From Parasphingorhabdus sp. (GTDB lineage: Bacteria; Pseudomonadota; Alphaproteobacteria; Sphingomonadales; Sphingomonadaceae), in assembly GCF_039939955.1 (NCBI RefSeq), contig NZ_JBDVHS010000006.1, forward strand, positions 62,580 through 126,579: 64,000 bases of DNA, written 5' to 3'. The notes beneath the pieces are model-generated. The model ran no database searches, was not told the DNA's origin, and saw only the letters and a program-made list of their open reading frames with translations. Position numbers and translations under genes: made by a program. Of this stretch, positions 8,468 to 19,661 are shown piece after piece; position 1 is the first letter of the stretch; every line of letters starts with the position of its first letter.

Positions 8468-10971
8468 GCGCTGAGCTGGGCAAAGCGTGGACGATTGCGC
8501 GCCGCGATCTGCGGGGCCGCTTTGTAGGACTCCGGCTGCTTATCATTTGCCTGTTTCTTGGCGTCGCGACGCTGGCAGCCATTGGTAGCCTGACCAATGC
8601 AATCACCGAAGAGCTGGCCAATCGTGGGCAAGCAATATTGGGCGGCGATCTGGAGATTGCGGTTGCACAGCGTGAAGCAACAGACGCAGAACTGGCCGCC
8701 CTCAAACAGGCTGGAACATTATCCGAAACCATAAGAATGCAAGCAATGGCCCGCTTGCCGGACGGCAGCGATACCCAATTGGTTGAGTTGAAAGGTGTCG
8801 ACAGTTCTTACCCATTATATGGTAGTTTCACACTGGAAAACGGCAAATCTGTCTCGGCGCCAAAACCGCAAGAAATCTATGTCACCCCTGCCCTGATGCA
8901 GCGCCTATCACTAAAAATCGGCGACCCGATTGCTTTTGGCGAGGCCAGTTTCACCATTTCCGGCATCATTGCGGATGAACCCGACCGGCTCAGCGAAGGC
9001 CTATCTCTTGGTCCGGTCGCGATCACCTCTCTGGAAAGCCTTCGAACCACCGAATTGATTCAACCCGGCAGTCTCTTCGAAAGCAAATATCGTCTTCAAT
9101 TCCCACCCACCGTCGATCCAGCTGAGATCGGCGACCAGCTTGTCGCGCAATTTCCCAATGCTTCATGGGAGACGAAGACGCGCGATGATGGCGCGCCCAG
9201 CACAAGGCGTTTCATTGAACGCATGGGGCAATTTCTAACATTGGTCGGCCTCGCCTCGCTTGTGATTGCGGGAATAGGCGTCGGTAACGGCGTCGCTTCC
9301 TATTTGCGGGGCAAACAGGGCGCCATTGCCACGCTCAAGATACTCGGCGCAGATAGCGCGATGATCTTCCGCATCTATCTCTTCCAGATCATGGCAGTGG
9401 CGCTTGCCGCGATTGCGTTCGGGCTGGTGGTTGGCGCTCTGGCACCGCTTGCGATCATCCAGATCGCCGGTGATGTCCTGCCGATCAAACCCGAGTTTGC
9501 TATATATCCACTGCCTTTACTGGTCAGCGTGCTTTACGGATTACTGATCGCGGTGATCTTTGCCCTGCCCCCATTATCACGAGCAAAAACAATCCCGGCG
9601 GCAGGCATCATTCGGGGTGAAGGCCGGTCCTGGCGCCAGATTGATCGGCAAAGCTGGATTGGTGTCGGCTTGGCAATTGCCGCCATTATCGCGCTTGCCC
9701 TTTTAACCGCCAACGAACCGCTATTTTCGGCCTCGTTCATTGCCGCAGCAGCGGGCATATTGTTGCTGTTAACTGCGCTGGGCTCGCTGATCCGCTGGAT
9801 AGCCAGCAAGGCGCCACGCCCGAAACAGCCATTGTTGCGCCTCGCGCTGACCAGTCTCCACCGTCCGGGTGCGCAAACCGGTCAGTTGGTCGTCGCTCTG
9901 GGGCTCGGGCTGACCCTGTTCGCGACGCTAGCAGCGATCCAGACCAGCCTCACCAACGAGATACGGTCTACCGTACCGACCGATGCACCAAGCTTTTTCG
10001 TTCTCGACATTCCAGTCGAACGCAAGGATGCATTCCGCTCGAAAGTCCTAGAGACGTCGAAAGACGCCGACGTCAACATCGTTCCCACATTGCGCGGCTC
10101 CATCACCGAATTCCGGGGTCTACGAGTATCCGAGCTGGAAACACTGCCAGAAGGCGCATGGGTATTGCGCGGCGACCGCGGGCTTACCTATAGCACGACC
10201 ATTCCCGAAGGCAGCGAAATTTCAGAGGGCGAATGGTGGGACGAAAATTATGACGGACCACCGTTGGTCTCCGTAGATGCCGAACAGGGCGCAGCAATGG
10301 GTCTAAAAATCGGGGACAGTCTGACCGTCAGTCTTCTTGGCGTCGAGATCCCAACCAAGGTTGCGTCGTTCCGGACGGTGAACTGGCGGAATTTCGGATT
10401 TAACTATGTGCTCGTCTTCCCGCCCAATGTGCTCGCAAATATACCCCATAATGTCGCCGCGACCATTCAGCTTGACGCGGAAAAAGAAGACCTGTTGCTG
10501 GGCACATTGCCACAAGAGTTCCCTTCTATTTCAATGGTCAAGGTCAAGGAGATTGCTTCCCAAATCGGCGACATATTGGACCAGATGGCCACGGCCATCG
10601 CCGCTGCCGCTTCGATAGCGATATTCTCTGGCATCGCTGTGCTGATCGGGGCCATTGCAGCCTCCCGCCAGGCCCGCGTTTACGACAGCGTCATTCTAAA
10701 ACTGCTCGGCGCGACCAGAACACAGATATTGTCAGCTCAGGCGATCGAATATGCACTTCTCGCCTTTCTGCTATCGGCTGTAGCGCTGGGACTGGGATTG
10801 TTCGCAGGCTGGTTCGTGATCACCCAGATTTTCGAATTTACCTGGCAACCGGATTGGGGAGTCGTCCTGCTAACGCTGGGCATCGGCGCGCTTGTAACTC
10901 TCGGCATTGGTTTGCTTGGTTCCATACCGGTATTGTCGGCTAAACCGGCAAGAGCGCTTCGGGAACTCTAG
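8464..10971 (+). CDS. ABC transporter permease, duplicated FtsX domain (YbbP-like)
   Basis: Two repeated TM bundles (ATLKILGA / VILKLLGA). Coupled to the ATPase gene. Confidence 0.9.
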   Translation: MSAELGKAWTIARRDLRGRFVGLRLLIICLFLGVATLAAIGSLTNAITEELANRGQAILGGDLEIAVAQREATDAELAALKQAGTLSETIRMQAMARLPDGSDTQLVELKGVDSSYPLYGSFTLENGKSVSAPKPQEIYVTPALMQRLSLKIGDPIAFGEASFTISGIIADEPDRLSEGLSLGPVAITSLESLRTTELIQPGSLFESKYRLQFPPTVDPAEIGDQLVAQFPNASWETKTRDDGAPSTRRFIERMGQFLTLVGLASLVIAGIGVGNGVASYLRGKQGAIATLKILGADSAMIFRIYLFQIMAVALAAIAFGLVVGALAPLAIIQIAGDVLPIKPEFAIYPLPLLVSVLYGLLIAVIFALPPLSRAKTIPAAGIIRGEGRSWRQIDRQSWIGVGLAIAAIIALALLTANEPLFSASFIAAAAGILLLLTALGSLIRWIASKAPRPKQPLLRLALTSLHRPGAQTGQLVVALGLGLTLFATLAAIQTSLTNEIRSTVPTDAPSFFVLDIPVERKDAFRSKVLETSKDADVNIVPTLRGSITEFRGLRVSELETLPEGAWVLRGDRGLTYSTTIPEGSEISEGEWWDENYDGPPLVSVDAEQGAAMGLKIGDSLTVSLLGVEIPTKVASFRTVNWRNFGFNYVLVFPPNVLANIPHNVAATIQLDAEKEDLLLGTLPQEFPSISMVKVKEIASQIGDILDQMATAIAAAASIAIFSGIAVLIGAIAASRQARVYDSVILKLLGATRTQILSAQAIEYALLAFLLSAVALGLGLFAGWFVITQIFEFTWQPDWGVVLLTLGIGALVTLGIGLLGSIPVLSAKPARALREL

Positions 10972-11954
10972 TCCTTCGCCAATCGCACAGCGACCGGTGC
11001 AGACAAAAACAATTGCGCAAGATGATAGAAAATCAGCGGCAATATGACCAGGCCGGCCCGTTCCGGTGCAAAGATGATCGCCGCCAAAGGCGCGCCGATA
11101 GCAACGCTTTTCTGTGCGCCAGAGAATAACAGAGTCTTCCGATCGGCTCGAGCAAACCCCATCACACCACCAAGCAGCCAACTACCGCCAAAGGCCAGCA
11201 CCAACCAGAACAGCAGCGCAGCGGCCAACCAAAGAAACTCCGCGCCACTTACCCGCGTCCACATGCCCGCAATAATGGCAGCAGAGAAGGACACATATAC
11301 CGCCAAGGCGATCGCTCCCTTGTCGAGCCAACCCGTAAGCTCCTTGTGGTGCATAACGAAGGGCCGCAGCCAAGGTTGAAAAACCTGCCCGATTGCAAAG
11401 GGCAGAACCAGAATCGCGGCAATTTTCATTATTGTATCGCTAGAAATCACCACGCCTGCCGCACTCGCCAGCAGAGCAAATAGCAAGGGCGAGAGAAACA
11501 CGCCCACCAGATTGATCGCGGCACTGGCGACAACAGACGCCGCCACATTGCCCTTTGCAATGGCACAATAGCTCGTGGCGGATTGGACGGTGCTGGGTAA
11601 TACAGCCAGAAAAAGGAAGCCGAGGGCAACATCGCTAGGCAATATCTGGTCCAATGCCTTGGATAGAGATAGTCCAATCAACAGCATCACCCCGAAGACC
11701 CAGACAAAGATCGTTCCTTGAAGCTTGATATTGCGCAATCCCGAACGGACTTCATGGCGCTCCAACCGGATACCGTGCAGCAAGAAAATCAAAAAAATAC
11801 CAATGTTGAAGGCTATTTTCGCAATCGCCTCCACCTGTCCCTGAACCGGAGCCAATGTCGCCAACAACACCGCTCCGCTAAGCAGCCAGATGAATTTGTC
11901 GGCAAGGATGAGGCGGATCGTTTGCATCTTGGTTGCGCCGAATGGATTGCTCAA
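10968..11954 (-). CDS. Bile acid:sodium symporter family (YfeH-like)
   Basis: Multi-TM, LPSTVQSA, GNVAASV, QKSVAIG motifs. Confidence 0.85.
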   Translation of the reverse strand: MSNPFGATKMQTIRLILADKFIWLLSGAVLLATLAPVQGQVEAIAKIAFNIGIFLIFLLHGIRLERHEVRSGLRNIKLQGTIFVWVFGVMLLIGLSLSKALDQILPSDVALGFLFLAVLPSTVQSATSYCAIAKGNVAASVVASAAINLVGVFLSPLLFALLASAAGVVISSDTIMKIAAILVLPFAIGQVFQPWLRPFVMHHKELTGWLDKGAIALAVYVSFSAAIIAGMWTRVSGAEFLWLAAALLFWLVLAFGGSWLLGGVMGFARADRKTLLFSGAQKSVAIGAPLAAIIFAPERAGLVILPLIFYHLAQLFLSAPVAVRLAKD

Positions 11955-12067
11955 GATGATTTGGCAAGCTTTCTAATGTTGCGGCGCAGCACCAAACAGG
12001 CTAAGGGCGCGGCAATATTGGGGCTTTGCCGATGGCCGCCCTATCCTCTCTTACGGTAGAATTTGAT

Positions 12068-13885
12068 ATGTCCCTTCGCAATATTGCAATCATTGCGCAC
12101 GTTGATCACGGCAAAACCACGCTGGTTGACCAGCTTTTCCGCCAATCCGGTACCTTTCGTGAAAACGAGCGGGTCGAAGAACGCGCGATGGATTCGAACG
12201 ATCTTGAAAAAGAACGTGGCATCACGATTCTTGCAAAATGCACCAGCGTCGAATGGAAAGGCACGCGGATCAATATTGTTGATACCCCGGGCCATGCCGA
12301 CTTTGGCGGCGAAGTGGAACGCATCCTGTCGATGGTCGATGGTGTTATCCTGCTCGTCGACAGCGCTGAAGGCGCAATGCCGCAGACCAAATTTGTGACC
12401 GGCAAAGCGCTGGCGCTGGGTCTCAAGCCCATTGTGGTCGTCAACAAGATCGACCGTCCAGATGGCCGGCCCGAGGAAGTGCTCGACGAAGTGTTCGACC
12501 TATTCGTCAATCTAGATGCCAATGATGAACAGCTTGATTTCCCATCGCTGTTCGCCAGCGGCCGCAATGGCTATGCAGGCGATACGCCCGACGTTCGCGA
12601 AGGCAACCTAACGCCGCTGCTCGACAAGATTATCGAACATGTCCCTGAACCAGATGTGGACCCAGACGCGGACTTCAAATTTCTCGTGACATTGCTCGAC
12701 CGCGATAATTTCGTTGGCCGTATTTTGACCGGTAAGGTCGAGAGCGGCAAGATCGATCTCAACATGCCGATCCATGCGATCGACATGGACGGCAAAGTCG
12801 TCGAAACGGGCCGTGCCACCAAGATCATGGCCTTTAACGGTCTTGAACGCGTCCCGGTAGAAAGCGCCAAGGCTGGTGATATCATCTCCCTTGCGGGTCT
12901 GACCGAAGCGACCGTGTCCAACACGATCTGTGATCCATCGGTGACCGAACCGATTGCCGCACAGCCGATTGATCCGCCAACCCTGTCGATGAACTTTTCG
13001 GTCAATGACAGCCCGATGGCTGGCCGCGAAGGCGACAAGGTCACGAGCCGCGTGATCCGCGATCGTTTGCTCCGTGAAGCCGAATCCAACGTCGCTATCA
13101 AAATTACCGAAAGCGCCGACAAGGATAGTTTCGAAGTCGCAGGCCGTGGCGAACTTCAGCTTGGCGTTTTGATTGAAACGATGCGCCGCGAAGGTTTTGA
13201 GCTGGGTATTTCACGTCCTCGCGTATTGTATCGTGAAGATGAAACTGGTCGCCAGGAACCTTATGAAACGGTCGTTATCGATGTTGATGACGAACATAGC
13301 AGCACGGTTGTTTCCAAGATGCAGCGCCGGAAGGCAGAACTGACCGAACAGCGTCCATCGGGCGGCGGCAAGACCCGCCTGACCTTCTCCGCACCGTCAC
13401 GCGGCCTTATTGGCTATCATGGCGAATTCCTGTCCGATACACGCGGCACCGGCATCATGAACCGCTTGTTCGAAAAATATGGTCCGTATAAAGGCGTGAT
13501 CGACGGTCGTCCCGTCGGCGTGCTTGTATCGAACGGCACCGGGAACGCTGTTCCCTATGCGCTTAATGCGCTTGAAGAACGGGGCATATTGTTCATTGGC
13601 GGCCAAACCCCGGTCTATGAAGGTATGGTGATTGGCGAAAATGCCAAACCGGGCGATCTTGACGTCAACCCAATGAAATCGAAACAGCTGACCAACTTCC
13701 GCTCGACCGGTAAGGATGATGCCGTCCGCCTGACTCCGCCAACGGTGATGACGCTGGAACAGGCAATTGCCTATATCGACAATGACGAACTGGTCGAAGT
13801 GACCCCGAAAAACGTCCGCTTGCGTAAACGTCATCTCGACCCCAATGATCGTAAGAAAGCAATGCGGAAGGCTGAGGCCGCTTAA
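12068..13885 (+). CDS. typA: Translational GTPase TypA/BipA
   Basis: [39 protein letters not shown]. Confidence 0.98.
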   Translation: MSLRNIAIIAHVDHGKTTLVDQLFRQSGTFRENERVEERAMDSNDLEKERGITILAKCTSVEWKGTRINIVDTPGHADFGGEVERILSMVDGVILLVDSAEGAMPQTKFVTGKALALGLKPIVVVNKIDRPDGRPEEVLDEVFDLFVNLDANDEQLDFPSLFASGRNGYAGDTPDVREGNLTPLLDKIIEHVPEPDVDPDADFKFLVTLLDRDNFVGRILTGKVESGKIDLNMPIHAIDMDGKVVETGRATKIMAFNGLERVPVESAKAGDIISLAGLTEATVSNTICDPSVTEPIAAQPIDPPTLSMNFSVNDSPMAGREGDKVTSRVIRDRLLREAESNVAIKITESADKDSFEVAGRGELQLGVLIETMRREGFELGISRPRVLYREDETGRQEPYETVVIDVDDEHSSTVVSKMQRRKAELTEQRPSGGGKTRLTFSAPSRGLIGYHGEFLSDTRGTGIMNRLFEKYGPYKGVIDGRPVGVLVSNGTGNAVPYALNALEERGILFIGGQTPVYEGMVIGENAKPGDLDVNPMKSKQLTNFRSTGKDDAVRLTPPTVMTLEQAIAYIDNDELVEVTPKNVRLRKRHLDPNDRKKAMRKAEAA

Positions 13886-13982
13886 TCGGCTGATCTGTGT
13901 TAGGAAGCTCGGGTCTATTGCGGCTTGATTATCCAGTTGTTTATGGCAATGCGCTCTGATCATTAGAAAATGAGTATATATA

Positions 13983-14300
13983 ATGACCGAAGATCAAAAA
14001 CCGGATCCAGCCAATAGTGCAGCAGCTGGCCCGGACCTCCCGCCGGACCGTCTGGCCATAAATCCGCGCAGCCCACATTATGGCGGTGAACTGCTATCGC
14101 GCGGCATCGGCATTAATTTTCGCGGTGACCGCAAGCATAATATTGAAGAATATTGTGTTTCAGAAGGCTGGGTCAAAGTCCAAGCTGGCAAGACCATGGA
14201 CCGTAAGGGCAACCCCCTGCTGATCAAGCTCAACGGCGCGGTTGAGGCTTGGTTCGAAGACCTCGGCGATGATGCACCGAAAATAGGCAAAAGCGCGTAA
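13983..14300 (+). CDS. DUF3297-like small protein
   Basis: PPDRLAINPRSP...GINFRG...EEYCVSEGWV pattern recognised from memory. Confidence 0.7.
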   Translation: MTEDQKPDPANSAAAGPDLPPDRLAINPRSPHYGGELLSRGIGINFRGDRKHNIEEYCVSEGWVKVQAGKTMDRKGNPLLIKLNGAVEAWFEDLGDDAPKIGKSA

Positions 14301-14316
14301 CTGGCAGGCGTCCAAT

Positions 14317-14694
14317 ATGACCCCAAAGCGCATCCAATATTTCATTGCGCTGGTGTTCTTCCTAGCAGGTGGGTGGGCAGCTTTTTTCCCACAGCACGTA
14401 ATTGATACGGTGTTCGTTCCAGAATATCGCCAAAATGGCGGTCTACTGCCTTACCTGATTTGCTGCTTCGGCATACAGGAGCTGCTATTGGCGGTGTTCG
14501 CTGCCTTTTCCCGCTTCTCGTCGGTTACATTTCTGGTTTACGGCGTCGCGCTGCTCCCTTTCTTCGCGTTCAACTTCTATTTCATTTTTTACGACCCAGT
14601 GTTCTCAAACATTGGAACGCTCATAGCGGTGAGCAATGCCATCATGCTGATGCTTTGTTACATCGGTTGGGAGAAATCCAAAATAACTGAATAG
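14317..14694 (+). CDS. Hypothetical 4-TM membrane protein
   Basis: Hydrophobic ORF co-oriented with the SDR and ECH genes. Confidence 0.65.
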   Translation: MTPKRIQYFIALVFFLAGGWAAFFPQHVIDTVFVPEYRQNGGLLPYLICCFGIQELLLAVFAAFSRFSSVTFLVYGVALLPFFAFNFYFIFYDPVFSNIGTLIAVSNAIMLMLCYIGWEKSKITE

Positions 14695-14705
14695 GGAGGA
14701 AATGA

Positions 14706-15530
14706 ATGAAATTTTCCAACAAAATTGTCTGGATCACCGGAGCGTCGTCCGGAATTGGCGAAGCACTGGCCAAGGCCTTTGCTGCTGATGGCGCGCATAT
14801 CATATTATCGGGACGCCGCACCGAAGCGCTCGAACAAGTTGCCGCCGATCTGAAGACTGATACATTGATCCTGCCCTTTGAAACGACCGACTATGACGCG
14901 CTACCTGCACAAGTCGAGAAAGCCCGCGCTTGGAAGGGCAAAGTCGACATTCTCGTCAACAATGCAGGCATCAGTCAACGTAGCCTCGCGCTGGATACGC
15001 ATCCTGACGTACATTCCAAGATCATCAATGTTGATCTCCTCGCTCCAATCTGGCTGACCCAGCTCTTGCTGCCGCACATGATCGAAGACGGCGGCGGCCA
15101 TATCGTCGGAATCAGTTCAGTGGCTGGCCGCGTCGGCGTGCCCCTGCGCACAGCCTATTGCGCTGCCAAGCACGGCCTGATCGGATATATGGATGCCTTA
15201 CGTTCGGAAACCGAAGCTCTGCACAACATCCATGTCACCAATATTCTGCCCGGGGCCATTCGCACCAATGTGTCTCGCAACGCGCTGACCAAAGACGGCG
15301 AGCGCCGCGGCAAGTCGGACGCAGTAATCGACAACGGCATCGAACCAGCAGAATGTGCACGGCAAATTCTGGAAGCGGTTGCCAATAATGCTCCTGAGCT
15401 GCTCATTGCCGAAGGTGTCGAAGAACAGATCGCACTGTTGCGGCAGAGCGAACCAGATCAATGCTTCGCCATGACATCGGCATTTGGCGTACAGATTGCC
15501 AGCAAATATGAAGCGGGGGAAAGCGACTAA
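14706..15530 (+). CDS. SDR family oxidoreductase
   Basis: TGASSGIG, NNAG, YCAAK. Confidence 0.93.
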   Translation: MKFSNKIVWITGASSGIGEALAKAFAADGAHIILSGRRTEALEQVAADLKTDTLILPFETTDYDALPAQVEKARAWKGKVDILVNNAGISQRSLALDTHPDVHSKIINVDLLAPIWLTQLLLPHMIEDGGGHIVGISSVAGRVGVPLRTAYCAAKHGLIGYMDALRSETEALHNIHVTNILPGAIRTNVSRNALTKDGERRGKSDAVIDNGIEPAECARQILEAVANNAPELLIAEGVEEQIALLRQSEPDQCFAMTSAFGVQIASKYEAGESD

Positions 15531-16306
15531 TGGCTCTGGTATTACTAGAAAAGTCAGATGGAATTGCGACGATCACGCTGAATCGCCCCGACGCGATGAA
15601 TGCACTTTCCCATGACTTAAGAACAGAATTTTTTAACGCCTGCAAAGACATCGCCAATGATTCTGCTATGCGAGCAGTCGTTATCACGGGTGCCGGTGAC
15701 CGGGCATTTACCGCTGGCCTCGACCTCAAAGAACTTGGCCAACAAGGCCTTGGTGCAGCGACCGACCAGAACCCCGCGCGCAATCCCTGCCGTGCACTGG
15801 AATCGCTCGACATTCCTGTCATCGGTGCCATCAATGGCGTCGCGATCACCGGCGGTTTTGAACTGGCCTTGGCCTGCGATATCCGGATCGCATCAACCGG
15901 TGCACGCTTTGCCGACACTCACGCCCGGGTCGGAATCATTCCGGGCTGGGGGCTCTCCCAGAAACTATCCCGTTTCATAGGCTTGTCTCGCGCTTGTGAG
16001 CTCAGCTTTACTGGTCAATTTCTAGACGCCCAAACCGCTTGCGACTGGGGTTTGGTCAACCATGTCTACAAGCCCCAAGAGCTAATGCCCAAAGCGCACG
16101 CTTTGGCCACCGATATGGCCAGTATCGAACCGGAATTTCTCAAAGCCTATAAGAAACTGATCTTCGACGGCTATGACCGAAACTATAACGACGCCATGAT
16201 GCTGGAGAAACAAACCACTGATGCGTGGAATGGCACTGTGACGGCGGAAGAAGTCGAGCAACGGCGGCTAGCGGTCATTGAGCGCGGGCGGGCTTTAAAA
16301 ACCTAA
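15530..16306 (+). CDS. Enoyl-CoA hydratase/isomerase family
   Basis: LNRPDAMNAL, AFTAGLDL, GGFELALACD. Confidence 0.93.
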   Translation: MALVLLEKSDGIATITLNRPDAMNALSHDLRTEFFNACKDIANDSAMRAVVITGAGDRAFTAGLDLKELGQQGLGAATDQNPARNPCRALESLDIPVIGAINGVAITGGFELALACDIRIASTGARFADTHARVGIIPGWGLSQKLSRFIGLSRACELSFTGQFLDAQTACDWGLVNHVYKPQELMPKAHALATDMASIEPEFLKAYKKLIFDGYDRNYNDAMMLEKQTTDAWNGTVTAEEVEQRRLAVIERGRALKT

Positions 16307-16333
16307 GGCTGATCCTGGCATACAGCGTTAAAG

Positions 16334-17239
16334 CTACGATTTCGACGCAGCGAGAAAGTCTATAATTTCGGCCAATGCCTTCTTCGCTTCTGGAATAGGA
16401 AGCAGCATCCAGACATGCTGCATCCGATCATAGATTCTCAGTTCAATCCGCGCATCGCTGTCATCGCCCTTTTGTTTCAAGCGCAAGGAGTCCGAAAGCA
16501 GCACTTCATCGCTTCCCGCAAAAACCAGCATCGGCGGCAACCGATCAACCGGCTCGAACAGAGGGCTAACTGGGAAGACCGCAGGGTCTTCGCCTTCACG
16601 CGCCCACCATGTTCCAAGGCGCCGAATACCTTCAATCGAAATCAATATATCGGTCTTTTCCAGTGCCACTTGCTTTGGATCAGCCGCGGTCTGATCAAGA
16701 TAGGGGCTGAGCAACACCAGTTTGCTAGGCAACGTCTTGCCCTGATTTCGCAACATCTGAGACAAGCCCAGCGAGAAGCCACCACCTGCGCTGTCCCCCA
16801 TCACCACGATATTTTCTGCACCATGTCGGGAAACGGCCTGTTCAAAAGCCTCCATCACCATCGCATAGCTGCTGTCCCACTTATTTTCTGGCGACAAAGG
16901 GTAGATCGGAACGGTGACGCTGGCTCCCGTTTTGCGGATCAGTTTTTCTATGAAATGCCAATGAAGCGAGACAATGTTAAAAGCATAACCACCGCCATGC
17001 AGATAGAATATGTGCAGCGCACTAGCATTTTCCTTGGGGTTAAGTCGGAACAAGGGCTGACCATCAATTTCCGTCTTCTCGATATCGCAATGTTTGCGTA
17101 ACCAACGAACCGGAGATGCAGGCCCACGTGCGTGGTCACGGGCAGTATATTTTTCGGCTTTACCAGGCCTGAGAAGATAACGTTTCAATCCCGACATACG
17201 GACAATAGAAAACAGCAAACGCGCTCTTAAACTGATCAT
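16334..17239 (-). CDS. Alpha/beta hydrolase (HSL-family esterase)
   Basis: HGGGY, GDSAGG, QHVW. Start placed at MISLR. Confidence 0.9.
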   Translation of the reverse strand: MISLRARLLFSIVRMSGLKRYLLRPGKAEKYTARDHARGPASPVRWLRKHCDIEKTEIDGQPLFRLNPKENASALHIFYLHGGGYAFNIVSLHWHFIEKLIRKTGASVTVPIYPLSPENKWDSSYAMVMEAFEQAVSRHGAENIVVMGDSAGGGFSLGLSQMLRNQGKTLPSKLVLLSPYLDQTAADPKQVALEKTDILISIEGIRRLGTWWAREGEDPAVFPVSPLFEPVDRLPPMLVFAGSDEVLLSDSLRLKQKGDDSDARIELRIYDRMQHVWMLLPIPEAKKALAEIIDFLAASKS

Positions 17240-17270
17240 ATGGCCACCATCAATGTACGTCGGGCGATGA

Positions 17271-17675
17271 TCACCCGGGATTGCCTTCCATTTGCGCAAC
17301 ATTTGCATCAATCTCGACCCAAGGCTGCTTGCTTCCCGTCCAGAAGTGGATCTGGGGCTGCAAAACGCTCGTGTCATCCAGCGTTCCAGCCTTTATGTAT
17401 GTCATGCCCGGCTGCGTCGGAAGCGATGTCTTTACTGGCGAACCGCACGTTCCACAAAAATGGCGATGAACGACATTGCCGCTATCCGAATGATCATCAT
17501 ATGTCGTAAGATTGCCACTAATCTCGATTTGTTCATCCGCCACTGCGAACAGCACAGAATAGGAGCTGCCCGCCTGTCGTTGGCAATTTTTGCAGTGACA
17601 GACACCGCACATCTGCAAATCACCTTCGATTTTATAACTTACCGTACCGCATAGACATTGCCCCGTCATCGTCAT
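17271..17675 (-). CDS. GFA (glutathione-dependent formaldehyde-activating) family protein
   Basis: GQCLCG, CHCKNCQR, FCGTCGS. Confidence 0.9.
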   Translation of the reverse strand: MTMTGQCLCGTVSYKIEGDLQMCGVCHCKNCQRQAGSSYSVLFAVADEQIEISGNLTTYDDHSDSGNVVHRHFCGTCGSPVKTSLPTQPGMTYIKAGTLDDTSVLQPQIHFWTGSKQPWVEIDANVAQMEGNPG

Positions 17676-17690
17676 CTCAAATCCCCTTGA

Positions 17691-18824
17691 TCACGCAACT
17701 TTGCGCACAAAAACTGTTCCCGCCGAATAGCCTGCTCCAAAGGAACAGATGAGGCCAATGTCCCCGTCTACCAGATCATCGCTATGCTTGTGAAAAGCGA
17801 TGATCGAACCGGCCGATGATGTGTTCGCATATGTATCAAGGACCGTCGGACTTTCGTCATCATTGGCTTCATGACCAAGCACCCGCTGTGCAATCAACCG
17901 ATTCATACCGGCATTGGCCTGATGCAACCAAAGGCGGCGCAACGCAGTCGCTTCAATGCCCAGCCTCTCGGCTTGTTCATTGATCATATTTGCAACCATC
18001 GGCACCACTTCCTTGAACACTTTGCGTCCCTCTTGGACAAAGAGCTTGTCCTTTTCATCCCGGCTTTCCGGATTGGTGCGGTTGAGAAAACCGAAATTAT
18101 TGCGGATATTATTGGAAAATTGGGTCTTGAGCTTCGTCCCGACGATTTCCCAGTGCGCGGCAGGGGCAATATCTTTTGCCTCCACCAATATCGCGGTTGC
18201 CACATCGCCGAAGATGAAATGGCTATCCCGGTCACGCCAGTTAAGATGTCCGGAACAAATTTCTGGATTGATCACCAACACCGATTTTGCACTGCCCGAT
18301 CGGATATAATCCGCAGCCGTCTGGATACCGAATGTCGCAGAGGAGCAAGCGACGTTCATATCGAAACCAAAACCATCCTCCATGCCAAGAGCATCCTGAA
18401 TCTCAACAGCAATAGCCGGATAAGCCCGCTGCAAATTTGAACAGGCGCACAGCACAGCATCAACATCCTCTGGTTTCCGCCCTGCCCGTTCCAAAGCCTG
18501 CAACGCCGCTTTGACACCGATTTCTGCGAGCACAGAAATTTCCTCATTGGGTCGTTCGGGCAGACGGGGACACATAACCTCCGGATTCAGGATCGGTTCC
18601 TTGGAGAGCACAAAGCGCGATTTAATACCCGATGCTTTTTCGATAAATTCGACCGAACTATGGGGCATTTCTTCCATTTCACCGGCCGCAATTGCTTCGG
18701 CATTTTCACGATTGGTGAGATCCGCATAGGCATTAAAGCTGGCAACCAGTTCTTCGTTGCTAATACTGTCTTTCGGCGTGAACAGGCCGGTTGCGGAAAT
18801 GACGGGAATATTGCTGTCGGTCAT
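17691..18824 (-). CDS. fabH: Beta-ketoacyl-ACP synthase III family
   Basis: NVACSS, HQAN, GNT-equivalent ANTSSAG, SFGAG. Confidence 0.85.
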   Translation of the reverse strand: MTDSNIPVISATGLFTPKDSISNEELVASFNAYADLTNRENAEAIAAGEMEEMPHSSVEFIEKASGIKSRFVLSKEPILNPEVMCPRLPERPNEEISVLAEIGVKAALQALERAGRKPEDVDAVLCACSNLQRAYPAIAVEIQDALGMEDGFGFDMNVACSSATFGIQTAADYIRSGSAKSVLVINPEICSGHLNWRDRDSHFIFGDVATAILVEAKDIAPAAHWEIVGTKLKTQFSNNIRNNFGFLNRTNPESRDEKDKLFVQEGRKVFKEVVPMVANMINEQAERLGIEATALRRLWLHQANAGMNRLIAQRVLGHEANDDESPTVLDTYANTSSAGSIIAFHKHSDDLVDGDIGLICSFGAGYSAGTVFVRKVA

Positions 18825-18956
18825 GGGAGGCTGTTTTTCCTTCTGCGCTTGTGCTTTCTTATCGCACTATCGTGTGATGGTAATCTTCCTAGATGAAACT
18901 GGCAAGCAGGGTTGATCATGGCTTGCCTATCAATTTTGCCTTGCTATCAACGAGCC

Positions 18957-19661
18957 ATGAATGACCGTGTAAAACTCGACGACAGTTGGAAAGCCCCACT
19001 CGCTCGCGAGTTTTCTAGCGAATACATGGCAAGCTTGCGGGAATTCCTGCTGCAAGAAAAAGCCGCTGGCAAACAGATTTACCCCAAAGGCAATGAATAT
19101 TTTCGTGCACTCGATCTGACTCCACTCAATCAGGTTCGCGTGGTGATATTGGGGCAGGACCCCTATCATGGCCCGGACCAAGCCCACGGCCTATGCTTCA
19201 GTGTACAACCCGGTGTCCGACCCCCACCATCGCTGGTCAATATCTACAAGGAACTGGAGAGCGACCTCGGTCTTCCCCGCCCTGCCCACGGTTTTCTAGA
19301 ACATTGGGCTCAACAGGGCGTTTTGCTACTCAACAGCGTTTTAACGGTTCAGATGGCCAATGCGGCTTCCCATCGCGGTAAAGGATGGGAAAAATTTACC
19401 GATGCGATCATACGGCTGATTGCGCAGAAATCCGAACCGGTCGTTTTTCTACTGTGGGGGAATTATGCCCAGAAAAAAGCCGCATTTGTACAAAGCGTCG
19501 AGCAAGGCGGGCGGCATCTGGTGCTGAACGCCCCACACCCATCGCCGCTGTCAGCCTATAACGGGTTTTTCGGATGCAAGCATTTCAGCAAAGCCAATGC
19601 TTTTCTTGAGGAAAACGGGCTTCCCCCCATCGACTGGAGTTTGCCGGACATCAATTCCTAA
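18957..19661 (+). CDS. ung: Uracil-DNA glycosylase
   Basis: [26 protein letters not shown]. Confidence 0.97.
   Translation: MNDRVKLDDSWKAPLAREFSSEYMASLREFLLQEKAAGKQIYPKGNEYFRALDLTPLNQVRVVILGQDPYHGPDQAHGLCFSVQPGVRPPPSLVNIYKELESDLGLPRPAHGFLEHWAQQGVLLLNSVLTVQMANAASHRGKGWEKFTDAIIRLIAQKSEPVVFLLWGNYAQKKAAFVQSVEQGGRHLVLNAPHPSPLSAYNGFFGCKHFSKANAFLEENGLPPIDWSLPDINS

Noticed and set aside
7008-10971. Tight divergent esterase/ABC transporter arrangement
   Set aside because: Same as the known E. coli tesA-ybbA-ybbP layout, so not novel. The ORF track's 7220 start is a spurious extension.
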